A DNA stretch of 42,745 nucleotides from positions 1 to 42,745 of the IMG/VR virus record IMGVR_UViG_3300037479_000410; one strand, 5' to 3'. Positions 16,251 through 25,957 of this stretch are shown here, piece after piece; position 1 is the stretch's first letter, and each line of letters begins with the position of its first letter. Both the position numbers and the translations under genes were made by a program. The DNA is from a virus. Lineage: Duplodnaviria; Caudoviricetes. Under the pieces are notes generated by a model. It was not told where the DNA came from and did no database searches. It saw nothing but the letters and a program-made list of their open reading frames with translations.

Positions 16251-17108
16251 ATGGCGGAATCAAACGCTGTCTCTGGCGGTCCTGAAGGCGACGGGAGCCG
16301 GGCGTCCGGGGCTGCGGCCCCGCCTCCATCGGTCCCGCACCCGCCGCCCGCCGGGAGTGGCGCTGCTCCCGGCGCGGCGACGGCTCGCGTGCGGATCGGC
16401 GGCGCGGAGTTCGAGCTGCCCACGGAGGTCGCGAAGGCGATCCAGACCGAGTACAGCCGGGCCTTCGGCCAGGTCGGCGGGAAGCTCCAGGAGTACGAGC
16501 GGACCCAGGCTGAGCTGCGGGCCGAGATCGAGCGTCTGAAGCCCCGAGGGGAGACGCCGAAGGATCCGACCCCGCCCGACCCCTCGCTCCTGAACGCCGC
16601 CTCGCCGAGCTACGACCCCGAGCGCTACCACCGGGAGCAGATCGCCTACGTCGACTGGCTGACCGCCCGGCGGGTGACGGAGGCCGAGCAGCGGCGGATC
16701 CAGGAGGAGCAGCAGCGCGCGAAGGCGGTGCAGAAGGACCAGGCGTGGCGGGACTTCCTGACCGAGTTCTTTACCCGCAACCCGGATCTCGAGGACGCCG
16801 ACGACGTGGTCCACGCGCAGTGGACCCGCCACGCCCCGAAACTCCTCAACATGTACGAGGAGGAGGGCATCGAAGAGCTCGCGAAGCTCACCCGCCAGCG
16901 GCTCGCGGAGCTGTCCGAGCGGGGGCGGCAGTCCGAGCGTCCGCCGGTCCTCGAGGTCTCCGGGGCGCGCGGCCGTGTCGCACGGAAGAGCGCCGAGGAG
17001 ATCGAGGAGGAGGCGGCACGGAAGGCGAGCCTCGGGGCGGCCATCCGGAGCTTCCACGAGCGCTTCGCGAAGGCCGCGAGAGCCCCGCGCGCGGAGCGCG
17101 GGAGCTGA
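16251..17108 (+). CDS. Capsid scaffolding protein
   Basis: Disordered N-terminus, coiled coils, immediately upstream of the MCP. Confidence 0.8.
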   Translation: MAESNAVSGGPEGDGSRASGAAAPPPSVPHPPPAGSGAAPGAATARVRIGGAEFELPTEVAKAIQTEYSRAFGQVGGKLQEYERTQAELRAEIERLKPRGETPKDPTPPDPSLLNAASPSYDPERYHREQIAYVDWLTARRVTEAEQRRIQEEQQRAKAVQKDQAWRDFLTEFFTRNPDLEDADDVVHAQWTRHAPKLLNMYEEEGIEELAKLTRQRLAELSERGRQSERPPVLEVSGARGRVARKSAEEIEEEAARKASLGAAIRSFHERFAKAARAPRAERGS

Positions 17109-17119
17109 GGAGACGGTAG

Positions 17120-18070
17120 ATGGCGTACACTTGGACTTTCGACAAGGAATCGGGCGCATACACGTCCCACGCCATGAGCCGTCGCCTCTACATGGCGTCG
17201 GTCGAGGACGCGCACTTCGTGCCCTTCGCCAAGCCGGTCGACGGCTTCGGGAAGAACCGTGGCGAGTCGGTGCAGCTCATCCGGGTCCAGAACATCACCG
17301 AGCCCGGCGACGCGACCCTGAACGAGCAGACGCGCATCCCGATCGACACCTTCTCCCTCTCGAACGTCACCATCACGGTCTCCGAGTACGGGCGGGGCTG
17401 CGAGTACACGAGCCTCTCGCTGGATCTCTCCGAGTACGACTTGGAGAACCCGATCCAGATGAAGCTCAAGAGCCAGATGACGCTCACGCTCGACACGGCC
17501 GCCGCGGTCGCGTTTCGGGCGGCTCAGGTCAAGTACATCCCGACGGGCGTCACGGCACGGACGATCAACACGAACGGCACGACCGCGGACGCCGCGGCGA
17601 ACGTCAACATCTGGCACATCGAGGAGATCTCCGACTACATGTGGGACACCCTCAACTGTCCCAAGTACGCCGGGGACGACTACGTTGCCATCTTCCGGAC
17701 TCTCGGGCTCCGGGGCATCAAGCGCGACCCGCTCTGGGACGAGTGGCACAAGTACGTGACCCCGGAGGCGAAGGCGACGGGCGAGGTGGGCCGGATCGAG
17801 GCCATCCGGTTCATCCAGACGAACCACAACAACGCGCTCCGGAAGCTGACCGGCACGGGGTCCACGGACCTCCTCGGGGAGGGGGTCGTCTTCGGCCAGG
17901 ACGCCGTGGCGCTCGCCGAGGCGATCACGCCGCAGCTGCGCGCCGCGATCCCGCAGGACTACGGCCGCCAGCGCGGGGTCGCGTGGTACGGCGTGCTCAA
18001 GTTCGGGATCATCTGGGACACGGGGTCCCAGGGCGAGGCGCGCATCGTCCACGTGACGAGCACCGACTGA
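17120..18070 (+). CDS. Major capsid protein (N4 gp56-like HK97 fold)
   Basis: FGKNRGESV, TITVSEYG, GEVGRIEAIRFI, DYGRQRGVAWY; GAGGAG SD. Confidence 0.9.
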   Translation: MAYTWTFDKESGAYTSHAMSRRLYMASVEDAHFVPFAKPVDGFGKNRGESVQLIRVQNITEPGDATLNEQTRIPIDTFSLSNVTITVSEYGRGCEYTSLSLDLSEYDLENPIQMKLKSQMTLTLDTAAAVAFRAAQVKYIPTGVTARTINTNGTTADAAANVNIWHIEEISDYMWDTLNCPKYAGDDYVAIFRTLGLRGIKRDPLWDEWHKYVTPEAKATGEVGRIEAIRFIQTNHNNALRKLTGTGSTDLLGEGVVFGQDAVALAEAITPQLRAAIPQDYGRQRGVAWYGVLKFGIIWDTGSQGEARIVHVTSTD

Positions 18071-18080
18071 GGAGTGAGCC

Positions 18081-18485
18081 ATGCCGCGTGACGCAACCGT
18101 AGTGTTCACGAGCGGGGTGCCCGCCAGCATCACGACGGGCGACAAGGTGGCCGTGCCCTGCGCCGAGGGCTTCGTGGTTGTCGAGGCGGGCATCTACGTG
18201 ACGACGGCCATGGACAACACGCCGACTGCCATCGTCGTGAAGTTCGACAAGATCAACACCGCGGGGTCGCGTGGCGACGGCGACTTCGCCCCGAACCTGA
18301 CGAAGGCGACCGATGTGGAGGCCGGGAAGGTGCTCCGCCGGTACATGAACGCCCGGATCCTCCGCGGCGAGGCAGTGGTCATGGAGTGTACGACTGCTCC
18401 CGGCGCGGGCGCGGGCATCTTCTACCTGAGGGGCTACTACGAGGGGACGAGCGGCGCCGACGCGGCCGACGTGGCCTCCGACTGA
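18081..18485 (+). CDS. Putative minor capsid/decoration protein
   Basis: Beta-rich, directly after the MCP, strong SD. Confidence 0.65.
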   Translation: MPRDATVVFTSGVPASITTGDKVAVPCAEGFVVVEAGIYVTTAMDNTPTAIVVKFDKINTAGSRGDGDFAPNLTKATDVEAGKVLRRYMNARILRGEAVVMECTTAPGAGAGIFYLRGYYEGTSGADAADVASD

Positions 18486-18495
18486 GGGCTGATCC

Positions 18496-18882
18496 ATGCC
18501 GGCGATCGCGGCGACGGATGTGACCTACACGCAGCGGTCCAACCCGCAGGACGGCCACCGACGGATCGGGGGCTTTCGGCGGATGCGGACCCGGGTGCAG
18601 TTCGGGAACGCCTCGCTCACCTATCCCGCGGGGGGCGTTCCGCTCACGGCCGCCAGCCTTGGCTGCCCGAACGTCGTGAACAGCTTGGTCGTCGTCGGCC
18701 AGGTCGTCGCGGCGGGCGACGAGAATGTCCACTGGCGCTGGAACGGGAGCACGAGCGCGCCGAAGCTCTTCGGGGCGGCCATCGACGCCACCGCGGCGAG
18801 CACGGACGAGCGGGAGCACGAGCTGCCGACCTCCTACGCTCCTGCCGCGCAGGACCTGGAGGTGGAGGCCGAGGGCTGGTGA
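18496..18882 (+). CDS. Putative capsid decoration/cement protein
   Basis: YPAGGVPL motif, ends EAEGW; beta-rich. Confidence 0.65.
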   Translation: MPAIAATDVTYTQRSNPQDGHRRIGGFRRMRTRVQFGNASLTYPAGGVPLTAASLGCPNVVNSLVVVGQVVAAGDENVHWRWNGSTSAPKLFGAAIDATAASTDEREHELPTSYAPAAQDLEVEAEGW

Positions 18883-19418
18883 TGCCGGCGCTGCTCCGAA
18901 AGCCCCACGAGTACCACGTCGATCGCGGCACGCGGCAGGCGATCATGGACCGCGTGAACCCGACCCGGGAGTTCCGGATCGGGGAGTGGGAGCGGGACTA
19001 TCCCCCGCCCGCGGGCGCGGCGAAGAACCCCGGGGAGCCGCACGGGCCAATCATCGCGCAGAAGCACGAGGATGGAGTCCATTTCTTCAGCTCGACCGGC
19101 CGGGAGATCCCGCCGACCGAGGTGCCGGACTACATCCACGAGACGCTCCTGCGTGATCCCCTGCGGCTGGCCGGGGAGACGCCTGAGCAGGTCCTCAAGT
19201 TCTGCCCCTACTGCCCGGAGACCGACAACGCGGTCGGCTCGGCGTTCTGGGAGTCCCACCTGCTTGCGCACCTCCGGCGGGCGGGCCTGCAGCCGATCGC
19301 GCGCGCCGAGCGGCCGGGCCCGCAGCCGGACGAGCCGGAGCCGACTGCTCCTCCCGCGGCCCGCCGCCGCGGCCGGCCCCCGAAGCGGCGTCCCGAGACC
19401 GTATCGCTCGAGGCGTAG
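18879..19418 (+). CDS. Protein with C2H2-like Zn motif and AT-hook-like RGRP
   Basis: CPYC-x15-HLLAH; RRRGRPPKRR. Confidence 0.65.
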   Translation: MMPALLRKPHEYHVDRGTRQAIMDRVNPTREFRIGEWERDYPPPAGAAKNPGEPHGPIIAQKHEDGVHFFSSTGREIPPTEVPDYIHETLLRDPLRLAGETPEQVLKFCPYCPETDNAVGSAFWESHLLAHLRRAGLQPIARAERPGPQPDEPEPTAPPAARRRGRPPKRRPETVSLEA

Positions 19419-19421
19419 CGC

Positions 19422-19796
19422 GTGGCGACGCGCCCCCACACCGAGAAGTTCATCGCGGCGGGGGTCGTCGAGGCCATCTGGACCGCGATCACGACCACGG
19501 ACCGGGACGGGTCGCCGCTGCGCTGCGCGAGCCACCCCTACCGCACCGTGCTCGTTCGCGGGACCCCAGGAGGCGGCAGCCCGAGCCTCGCCATCGAGGG
19601 CAGCGACAACGGCACGAATTGGGTGACGCTCGACGACAACGCGGGCGCGGCACTCACCTTCACCGCGGCGGGCTCGGGGCACTGTGAGACCTCCGTGCCC
19701 CACATCCGCCCGAACCTCTCCGGGGGCGATGGCACGACCAACCTGACGGTCGCGATCTACTCCCACGCCGTGCCGTCCGGGAGCGGGAGCCGATGA
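19422..19796 (+). CDS. Small beta-sandwich virion protein (no signal peptide)
   Basis: LAIEGSDNGTNWVTL...HIRP pattern. Confidence 0.7.
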   Translation: MATRPHTEKFIAAGVVEAIWTAITTTDRDGSPLRCASHPYRTVLVRGTPGGGSPSLAIEGSDNGTNWVTLDDNAGAALTFTAAGSGHCETSVPHIRPNLSGGDGTTNLTVAIYSHAVPSGSGSR

Positions 19797-20272
19797 CGCT
19801 CGCGGAAGCCCTGAAGGAGATCGGCACCCTTCAGCGGACCATGGCCGCCCTGCTGCACCTCAAGGAGATCGGCGACGCGATCCAGGCCGAGCACCAGCAG
19901 CGCGGCACCCTCCAGACGGAGGTGAAGCGGCTCGCCGAGCTCTACTCCAAGGCGAAGGTCGATCTCGCGGTGGTCGAGCAGGAGATCGTCCAGGCCCGCG
20001 AGCGGGCGCAGGTCGAGGTGGCCCGCCAGCGCGCGGTCGGCGACGAGCTTCGGATGGCGCAGGCCGCCGCCGCGGACGAAGCCGCTCGGAAGGCGACCAT
20101 GAAGCGGGAGGAGATCGAAGCGGCGGCGGCGGCGGCCGAGGCGCGCGTCCGCGAGGCGGGCGATCAGCTCCGCGCCCTCAAGGCCGAGATCGCCCGGGCG
20201 ACGACCACCCTCGAGGCCATCCGCAGCCAGCTCCGCCAGGCGCAGCACACCGCCGCCCAGGCGCTCGGGTAG
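19793..20272 (+). CDS. Coiled-coil protein
   Basis: Ala/Glu/Arg heptad-rich, 159 aa. Confidence 0.75.
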   Translation: MTLAEALKEIGTLQRTMAALLHLKEIGDAIQAEHQQRGTLQTEVKRLAELYSKAKVDLAVVEQEIVQARERAQVEVARQRAVGDELRMAQAAAADEAARKATMKREEIEAAAAAAEARVREAGDQLRALKAEIARATTTLEAIRSQLRQAQHTAAQALG

Positions 20273-20278
20273 CTCCTG

Positions 20279-20623
20279 ATGGCGCTCCTGCCGTTCTACC
20301 GCGCCGGCTATCTGGTCGTGGAGGGCGATCTCCTGACCAACGTCACGGCCAACACCGATGGGGTGTGGAGCCGGCTCGACGCCTCCCCCTGGACGGTAAG
20401 CGTCGAGACGACGAGCTTCAGCGGGACGATCAAGCTCCACGTCTCGAACAGCGTGAGCAAGCCCGCAGACAACGAGGCGGGCACGGTCCTGAACGCGGAC
20501 CTCGTGAACACCGAGCCGCAGCAGCACCTGGGGCGGTTCACGTGGGTCAAGGCGAGCGTCACGGGATACAGCGCCGGCACGGTGGACCGGGTGAGCGTCT
20601 ACGCGCGCGTCAAGGAGCGGTGA
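20279..20623 (+). CDS. Small beta-sandwich virion protein (no signal peptide)
   Basis: Similar pattern to 19422-19796; TGATG coupled to the next gene. Confidence 0.7.
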   Translation: MALLPFYRAGYLVVEGDLLTNVTANTDGVWSRLDASPWTVSVETTSFSGTIKLHVSNSVSKPADNEAGTVLNADLVNTEPQQHLGRFTWVKASVTGYSAGTVDRVSVYARVKER

Positions 20624-23115
20624 TGCATGCGCGCCTCCTTCTCCTGCTTCTCCTGATCGCCACTCCGCTCCGCGCGGAGACCGCGTATCCCTCCTCTGAT
20701 CTCGTCCACTTCGCGGGCGGGGTGCGGCCGGGAAACGTGACCTTCGCGCGGCTCTCCGCCACCGCCCGCAACGGGGCGCTCCGCTACTGCACGGATTGCA
20801 CCGCGGGAAACCCCTGCACCGGGTCCGGGACCGGCGCCCTCGCGCGACGCGAGAACGGCGTCTGGAACTGCGGGGGCGGGGCCGGAGGAGGCTCCTCGGC
20901 GTTCTCCGCCATCACGTCGGGGACGAACACGTCGGCCACCATGACCTGTGGGACCGGCTGCACCCTCAACACCTCAGGAGCAGGAGTGGTCGCCGCGAGC
21001 ACCGCGGCCGCTCTGGCCTCCGATCCCGGCGACTGCCCGACGAACCAGGCGACCGTCGGGGTGAACGCGGCCGGGACGGCACAGTCCTGCTTCCAGCCGG
21101 TCCTGATCTCGGGCACGCCCGCCAACGACCGGCTCGGGGTGTGGACGAGCGCGACGACCCAGGAGGGTGACCCGAACCTCACCTTCGACGGCACGACCCG
21201 GATCCTCCGGGTGGGGCAGAGCGGGGCGACCGGACGGGTGCGGGCGGACTGCGTGGCGGCGTCGAGCGACTGCTACGAGGATTTCACCGACAACGCGACC
21301 CACGCCGCCGCCCCGACCAGCGCGGGGATCACCCGGCAGTACAGCTTCAGCGGCCGGCGCTACCTCATCGTGAACGGGGGCGCCGGCGCGCCCGTCCTGA
21401 CCGACAGCTCGACCGACGTGCTCACCAACAAAGTCTTCAACACCGCCTCGGTCGGGAACTCCCTCCTGATCGACAACCAGGCGATCACCGACACCTCGGG
21501 GACCGCGAGCAAGGTCGCGACCGTCTCGGGCACGGTCGTCGACGGCAACTACGCCCGCTGGGACGCGACCGGGAACCTGGTCGATGCGGGAGCCCCCGGC
21601 GGCTCGACCCCGCGTCTCGATCAGATCCTGGACCCGACGGCCAACAAGAGCTTCGCCATGACGACCCGGACGCTCGGGTTCACGTTCGGGGACATCAACG
21701 CCGCGACGAGCTTCCAGCTGAGCCTCGGGGCCCTCACGACGACCCCGAACGTCACGCAGGTGTCGATCGTGGACGCGACCGGGAACACGAACACAGGCCC
21801 CTTGGTCAGCATCAACACGGTCGGCACCTCGACGGCGCCTCCCCTCCGAGTGACGGCGCAGGGGACGGCGAACGGCGTCCAGATGTCCACGGCCGGCGTC
21901 CTCTCCCCCATCGGGACGGGGCAGATCGCCCCGCGGCTCAACGACGTGACGAACCCGACCGCGAGCAAGACTTTCACGGTCGGGAACCAGATCGTCGAGT
22001 TCCTCTTCGGCTCCGCGACCGAGACCTCGCAGATGTTCGTCGTGAACGACAGCCCGAGCAACACGGGGACCGGCCCCCTCTTCCTCGCGGCGACGCAGAG
22101 CGCGAGCAACGCCGTCCCGGTCCGCTTCTGCGCCCGGGGGACGGCCAATTGCGTCGAGATGAACACCGCGGCCTCCCTCTTCCCGAGCGGGACGGGGAAG
22201 ATCAGCCCCCGCTGGAACGATCTCACAGCCTCGAACGGCGCCCTCGTCCTGACCGACGGCTCGGGAAGCGAGTTCCGGCTCACGGCCGCGGGGGGCACCT
22301 GGGCGTGGAACACGACCGGCTCGGGGAGCACCGGGACGACCGACAAGTTCACCTTCACCGATCACAACTCGAACACGGGCACGGGGGCCCTCGTGGCCGC
22401 GCGCACGGCTTCGGGGAGCAGCATGAAGCCCTTCGAAGCCTGTGTGGGCGGGACGACCAACTGCGTGCGGCTCAACAACGCGGGCGTGTTCGAGGCGACC
22501 GGCACGGCGTCGATCGCGACCGGGCCGCTCACCTGCCCGACGACCACCTGGATCCCGAGCGCGTTCGCGCCCCCCTCGGGGACGCCCGCGAACGTCTCGA
22601 CGGGCGGGACGGCGGGGCAGCTCCGCTGCTACCGGATGCGCCAGCAGTGTACGAAGACCGGGGCCACGCAGGTCGGCTGGCGCGTCGCCACCGGCTCGGC
22701 CACCCACGAATGCGCGGTCGCGATCTACAACTCGACCGGCACGACGCTCATCGCCAAGGCCGCGGCCCAGCTCTGCGACGCGAACAACACGGACGAGTCG
22801 GACACCGCGGTCGCGTCCTTCAACCTGACGGGCGGGACCGACTACCTCGTCTGCCACGCGACGAGCGTCGCGACAACCATCCTCGTCCAGGGGATGAACA
22901 ACGCGCTCGGGAACGTCTTGACGGATCAGTTCGTCCAGGGACCGACGACGGCGGCGGACGTGGCGCAGTTCAACGCCGCCTGCACGGCCGCCTCGACGCC
23001 CTACAGCTGCTGCACCGGGGCGCAGACCGGCACCTGCACCGGCATGCCCGCGAGCGTCGGCACGCTCTCGGGGATGAGCGGGACGCTCGGAGGGATCTAC
23101 CTTGTGGTGGAGTAG
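20623..23115 (+). CDS. Signal-peptide-bearing, Cys-rich fibre-like protein A (830 aa)
   Basis: AAGGAG SD; MHARLLLLLLLIATPLRA|ETAY; 24 Cys; TDVLTNK fibre motif; three internal repeats. Confidence 0.85.
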   Translation: MHARLLLLLLLIATPLRAETAYPSSDLVHFAGGVRPGNVTFARLSATARNGALRYCTDCTAGNPCTGSGTGALARRENGVWNCGGGAGGGSSAFSAITSGTNTSATMTCGTGCTLNTSGAGVVAASTAAALASDPGDCPTNQATVGVNAAGTAQSCFQPVLISGTPANDRLGVWTSATTQEGDPNLTFDGTTRILRVGQSGATGRVRADCVAASSDCYEDFTDNATHAAAPTSAGITRQYSFSGRRYLIVNGGAGAPVLTDSSTDVLTNKVFNTASVGNSLLIDNQAITDTSGTASKVATVSGTVVDGNYARWDATGNLVDAGAPGGSTPRLDQILDPTANKSFAMTTRTLGFTFGDINAATSFQLSLGALTTTPNVTQVSIVDATGNTNTGPLVSINTVGTSTAPPLRVTAQGTANGVQMSTAGVLSPIGTGQIAPRLNDVTNPTASKTFTVGNQIVEFLFGSATETSQMFVVNDSPSNTGTGPLFLAATQSASNAVPVRFCARGTANCVEMNTAASLFPSGTGKISPRWNDLTASNGALVLTDGSGSEFRLTAAGGTWAWNTTGSGSTGTTDKFTFTDHNSNTGTGALVAARTASGSSMKPFEACVGGTTNCVRLNNAGVFEATGTASIATGPLTCPTTTWIPSAFAPPSGTPANVSTGGTAGQLRCYRMRQQCTKTGATQVGWRVATGSATHECAVAIYNSTGTTLIAKAAAQLCDANNTDESDTAVASFNLTGGTDYLVCHATSVATTILVQGMNNALGNVLTDQFVQGPTTAADVAQFNAACTAASTPYSCCTGAQTGTCTGMPASVGTLSGMSGTLGGIYLVVE

Positions 23116-25333
23116 CCTCCTCGTCCTTCTCCTCGCGGTCCGAGCCGAGGCGGTCGTCCGCTTCGTGAACGGCGCCTGCACGCACAACGGGAACGGCACC
23201 GCCGCGACCTGCGCCGCGAGCGCCGGCGCGGCGGGGGCGTACAACACGATCGGGAACGGTGTGACGGCCATGTCCGCCGCGACGGGCGACCACCTGAACA
23301 TCCGCGGCCCGCACACCTGCACCGCGAACTGCGCGGTCACGAGCTTCGACGGAGTCTACTTCGAAGCCATCTCCCTTCGGAGTGGGATCGCGCTCCCGGG
23401 GCAGACCCTCAACTGCCCGGCGGGGAACCCGTGCGTCATCCAGGGCTGCCGGGTGGCCGACGGCTGCGCGGCGGACGAGGTGCCCATCGTCCGCGGGATG
23501 CGGCTTCGGAGCGACTGGACGGTCGCCTCGGGCTCGGGGTCGAGCACGATTTACACCCGGGCGATGGAAGCCCTGCCGGTCGCGGAGTCCTCGAACGTCC
23601 GCGACAGCTTCGATCCCGGCATGCTCCTCGAAGGCACGCAGTATCCGCTCACGATGATGCCCTACCAGGGCGACAACTCCTCCGCGCCGGTCGACGGGCG
23701 GTGGAGCTACAACACGTCGACCAACGCGATCTTCGTGAATCCCTCGGGGAGCGGCGACCCGAGCACGACCATCTACGTCCCGCACTTCTCCTGGAACTTC
23801 TGGTTCAACAACCCCTCGAACAACGTGACCGTCCGCCACATGGTCTGGGAGGGCTCGCGGCTCCGCTCCCTCCTCTGCTCCGGGACTGGCAGCCAGCCGG
23901 CCTCGGGGCTCCGCTTGGAGTTCATCACCCGCCGCTACGTCCGGCGGTTCTTCAACCACTCGGCCAACTGCCCGGGGTTCGTCGACGAGGACGGCACGGT
24001 CGAGTACGGCGGACGGGGGGCGAGCTGGTTCCTCGGGACCGGCGATGGCGTCTACGGCTGGCGGATGTTCGGCGTCCACGGGGGCGCGATCCGCCGCTGC
24101 ACCGTCCGGGCGCTCGGCTCCGACGGCACCACACGGCTCGCCGGCGGCGCGCAGCGGGCGTGCCCGTGGGCGCCGGCGCCCTGGAACACCCAGACCGGGA
24201 CGGCCATCGCTGCCTCGGCCGACGGCGTGCAGATCAAGCAGACTGAGGGGTTTACCGTCGAGGATTGCGTCGCCGAGGATCTCTGCGGCCCGGCCTACGT
24301 GGTCGACGTGACGCACAACATCACCATCCAGCGCAACCGCGCCGATCAGGTCCGCTCGGGCATCACCATCGGGAACCAGACGCCGGTCGCGGGCTTCAAC
24401 TACTCGGGGGGCGTGCTCGTGCAGGCGAACGTCCTTGACCGGGTGGGGCACGACGGCGCGAACTCCTGCGCCATGCAATTGACCGGGGGGAACGAGACGG
24501 ACGGCACGGTCTCCTTCCTCGCGCGCTTCTTCAACAACATGGTCTCCCGGATCGGCTTCGCGGGGCTCTGTCTCGACACCGATGGGACGCCGACCACGAA
24601 CGTCACGGTGGCGCACAACACGTTCACCATGAGCCGGAGCGTGTCGGGGGCGATCCCGCCGCGGGCGATCGCGGTCCGCGGGGCGGTCAGCAACGTCGTC
24701 CTCCGGAACAACGTGGCCGAGGGGTTGACGGGAGGGATGCTCCTCAGCTCGGCGGCCTGCGGCGCGGGCGCGTCGGCCTGTCTCGGCCTCACGCTCGACG
24801 GCGATGTGATGCACAACATCTCCGGCTGCGAGGTCGACTGGAACGCGCCCGTCTGGGGCACGGGAAACGGCGTCGACCCGGCCATGGGCACCTGCTCCTC
24901 GATGTTCTCGTTCAGCGTGGCGAAGCCGCCGAACTACTTCACCTCCACGGTCGGCCCGCTCAACTTCGTGAACCCGTCGCTCTCGCCGCCGAACCTCCAT
25001 CTCGGGAGCGGGAGCGCGGCGATCAACGCGGGCGTCAACTTCCCGACCGTGGGGTCGGACATTGACGGCGAGTCCCGGCCGCAGTCGAGCCTCTGGGACC
25101 CGGGCGCGGACGAGGTGACGGGCACGCCGCCGACGACCGCCACCACGACCACGAGCACGACCACCTCGACCACCACGACGAGCACTCTGGTCGGCGCGAC
25201 CACGACGACGAGCACGACCACCACGTCGACCACCACGACCAGCACGACCACGAGCACCACGAGCTCGACGACCTTCCCCCCGGGTGGGGCGATCGAGAAG
25301 CAGGGGCCGGTGCTCCAGGGAGTCGAGTTTTGA
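23102..25333 (+). CDS. Signal-peptide-bearing right-handed beta-helix (pectin-lyase-like/depolymerase) protein B with Thr-rich linker
   Basis: MWWSSLLVLLLAVRAEA|VV; NITIQRN/VLVQANV/VTVAHNT/VVLRNNV rungs; choice-of-anchor-Q-like LHLGSGSAAINAG...DIDGESRP...DPGADE; 20 Cys. Confidence 0.85.
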   Translation: MWWSSLLVLLLAVRAEAVVRFVNGACTHNGNGTAATCAASAGAAGAYNTIGNGVTAMSAATGDHLNIRGPHTCTANCAVTSFDGVYFEAISLRSGIALPGQTLNCPAGNPCVIQGCRVADGCAADEVPIVRGMRLRSDWTVASGSGSSTIYTRAMEALPVAESSNVRDSFDPGMLLEGTQYPLTMMPYQGDNSSAPVDGRWSYNTSTNAIFVNPSGSGDPSTTIYVPHFSWNFWFNNPSNNVTVRHMVWEGSRLRSLLCSGTGSQPASGLRLEFITRRYVRRFFNHSANCPGFVDEDGTVEYGGRGASWFLGTGDGVYGWRMFGVHGGAIRRCTVRALGSDGTTRLAGGAQRACPWAPAPWNTQTGTAIAASADGVQIKQTEGFTVEDCVAEDLCGPAYVVDVTHNITIQRNRADQVRSGITIGNQTPVAGFNYSGGVLVQANVLDRVGHDGANSCAMQLTGGNETDGTVSFLARFFNNMVSRIGFAGLCLDTDGTPTTNVTVAHNTFTMSRSVSGAIPPRAIAVRGAVSNVVLRNNVAEGLTGGMLLSSAACGAGASACLGLTLDGDVMHNISGCEVDWNAPVWGTGNGVDPAMGTCSSMFSFSVAKPPNYFTSTVGPLNFVNPSLSPPNLHLGSGSAAINAGVNFPTVGSDIDGESRPQSSLWDPGADEVTGTPPTTATTTTSTTTSTTTTSTLVGATTTTSTTTTSTTTTSTTTSTTSSTTFPPGGAIEKQGPVLQGVEF

Positions 25334-25659
25334 GACATCTCTGGGCGCTTGTCCTTCTCGTCGGGACGGCCCGGTGGCTGCCCGTGGAGCCCATCGTGGT
25401 CAACCACCTCCCGCGGGAGGTGAGCGCGTACCGGCTCTGGCGCTGCACGGGAACGTGCCCGCCGAACCGGACGGCCCGCTGGGTCGTGGTGAGCACCTAT
25501 CTCCCCTCGGCATGCGTGGACGGGCAGTGCAGCGGGACCGTGCGGCTCCGCGTGGACCGGCCGCTCACCGTCTTCTACGCCATGACGGCGGTGGTCGGCC
25601 CGCGGGGGTCGGATCAGACCGGCCTCGGGAACGTGAAGGCCGTCCGGGTGCGGCCCTGA
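25330..25659 (+). CDS. Small secreted FN3/Ig-like protein C
   Basis: MRHLWALVLLVGTA; AYRLWR...FYAMTAV; 4 Cys. Confidence 0.65.
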   Translation: MRHLWALVLLVGTARWLPVEPIVVNHLPREVSAYRLWRCTGTCPPNRTARWVVVSTYLPSACVDGQCSGTVRLRVDRPLTVFYAMTAVVGPRGSDQTGLGNVKAVRVRP

Positions 25660-25660
25660 G

Positions 25661-25957
25661 ATGCCCCGCCCCCGCGGTCCCGCCTTCGTCGCCTTTGCCG
25701 GCGTGGATGCTGCCGCCTACGGGGCGGTGTCGGTCACGGCCGCGACGCAGATCCTGGCCGTCAATCGGGATCGGCGCTCTTTCACGCTGATCCACGACTC
25801 GACGGATACGCTCTACCTCGGCTTCGACAGCGGCGTGACGACCGCGAACGGCTATCCGCTCCTTGGCAATCAGCCCTACAGCTCGCACGACTACGACGGG
25901 GCCGTGTGGGGCGTCTCCTCCGGCGGCGCGATCTCCGTCCGCTACCAGGAGTTCTAG
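25661..25957 (+). CDS. Small beta-sandwich virion protein (no signal peptide)
   Basis: VSVTAATQILAVNRDRRSFTL...LYLGFDSGVTTANGYPL; TAGTG coupled to the next gene. Confidence 0.75.
   Translation: MPRPRGPAFVAFAGVDAAAYGAVSVTAATQILAVNRDRRSFTLIHDSTDTLYLGFDSGVTTANGYPLLGNQPYSSHDYDGAVWGVSSGGAISVRYQEF

Noticed and set aside
20365-20622. ORF-track N-terminal extensions of fibre A (20365) and fibre D (25906)
   Set aside because: They overlap upstream genes; SD sequences and stop/start coupling support 20623 and 25957
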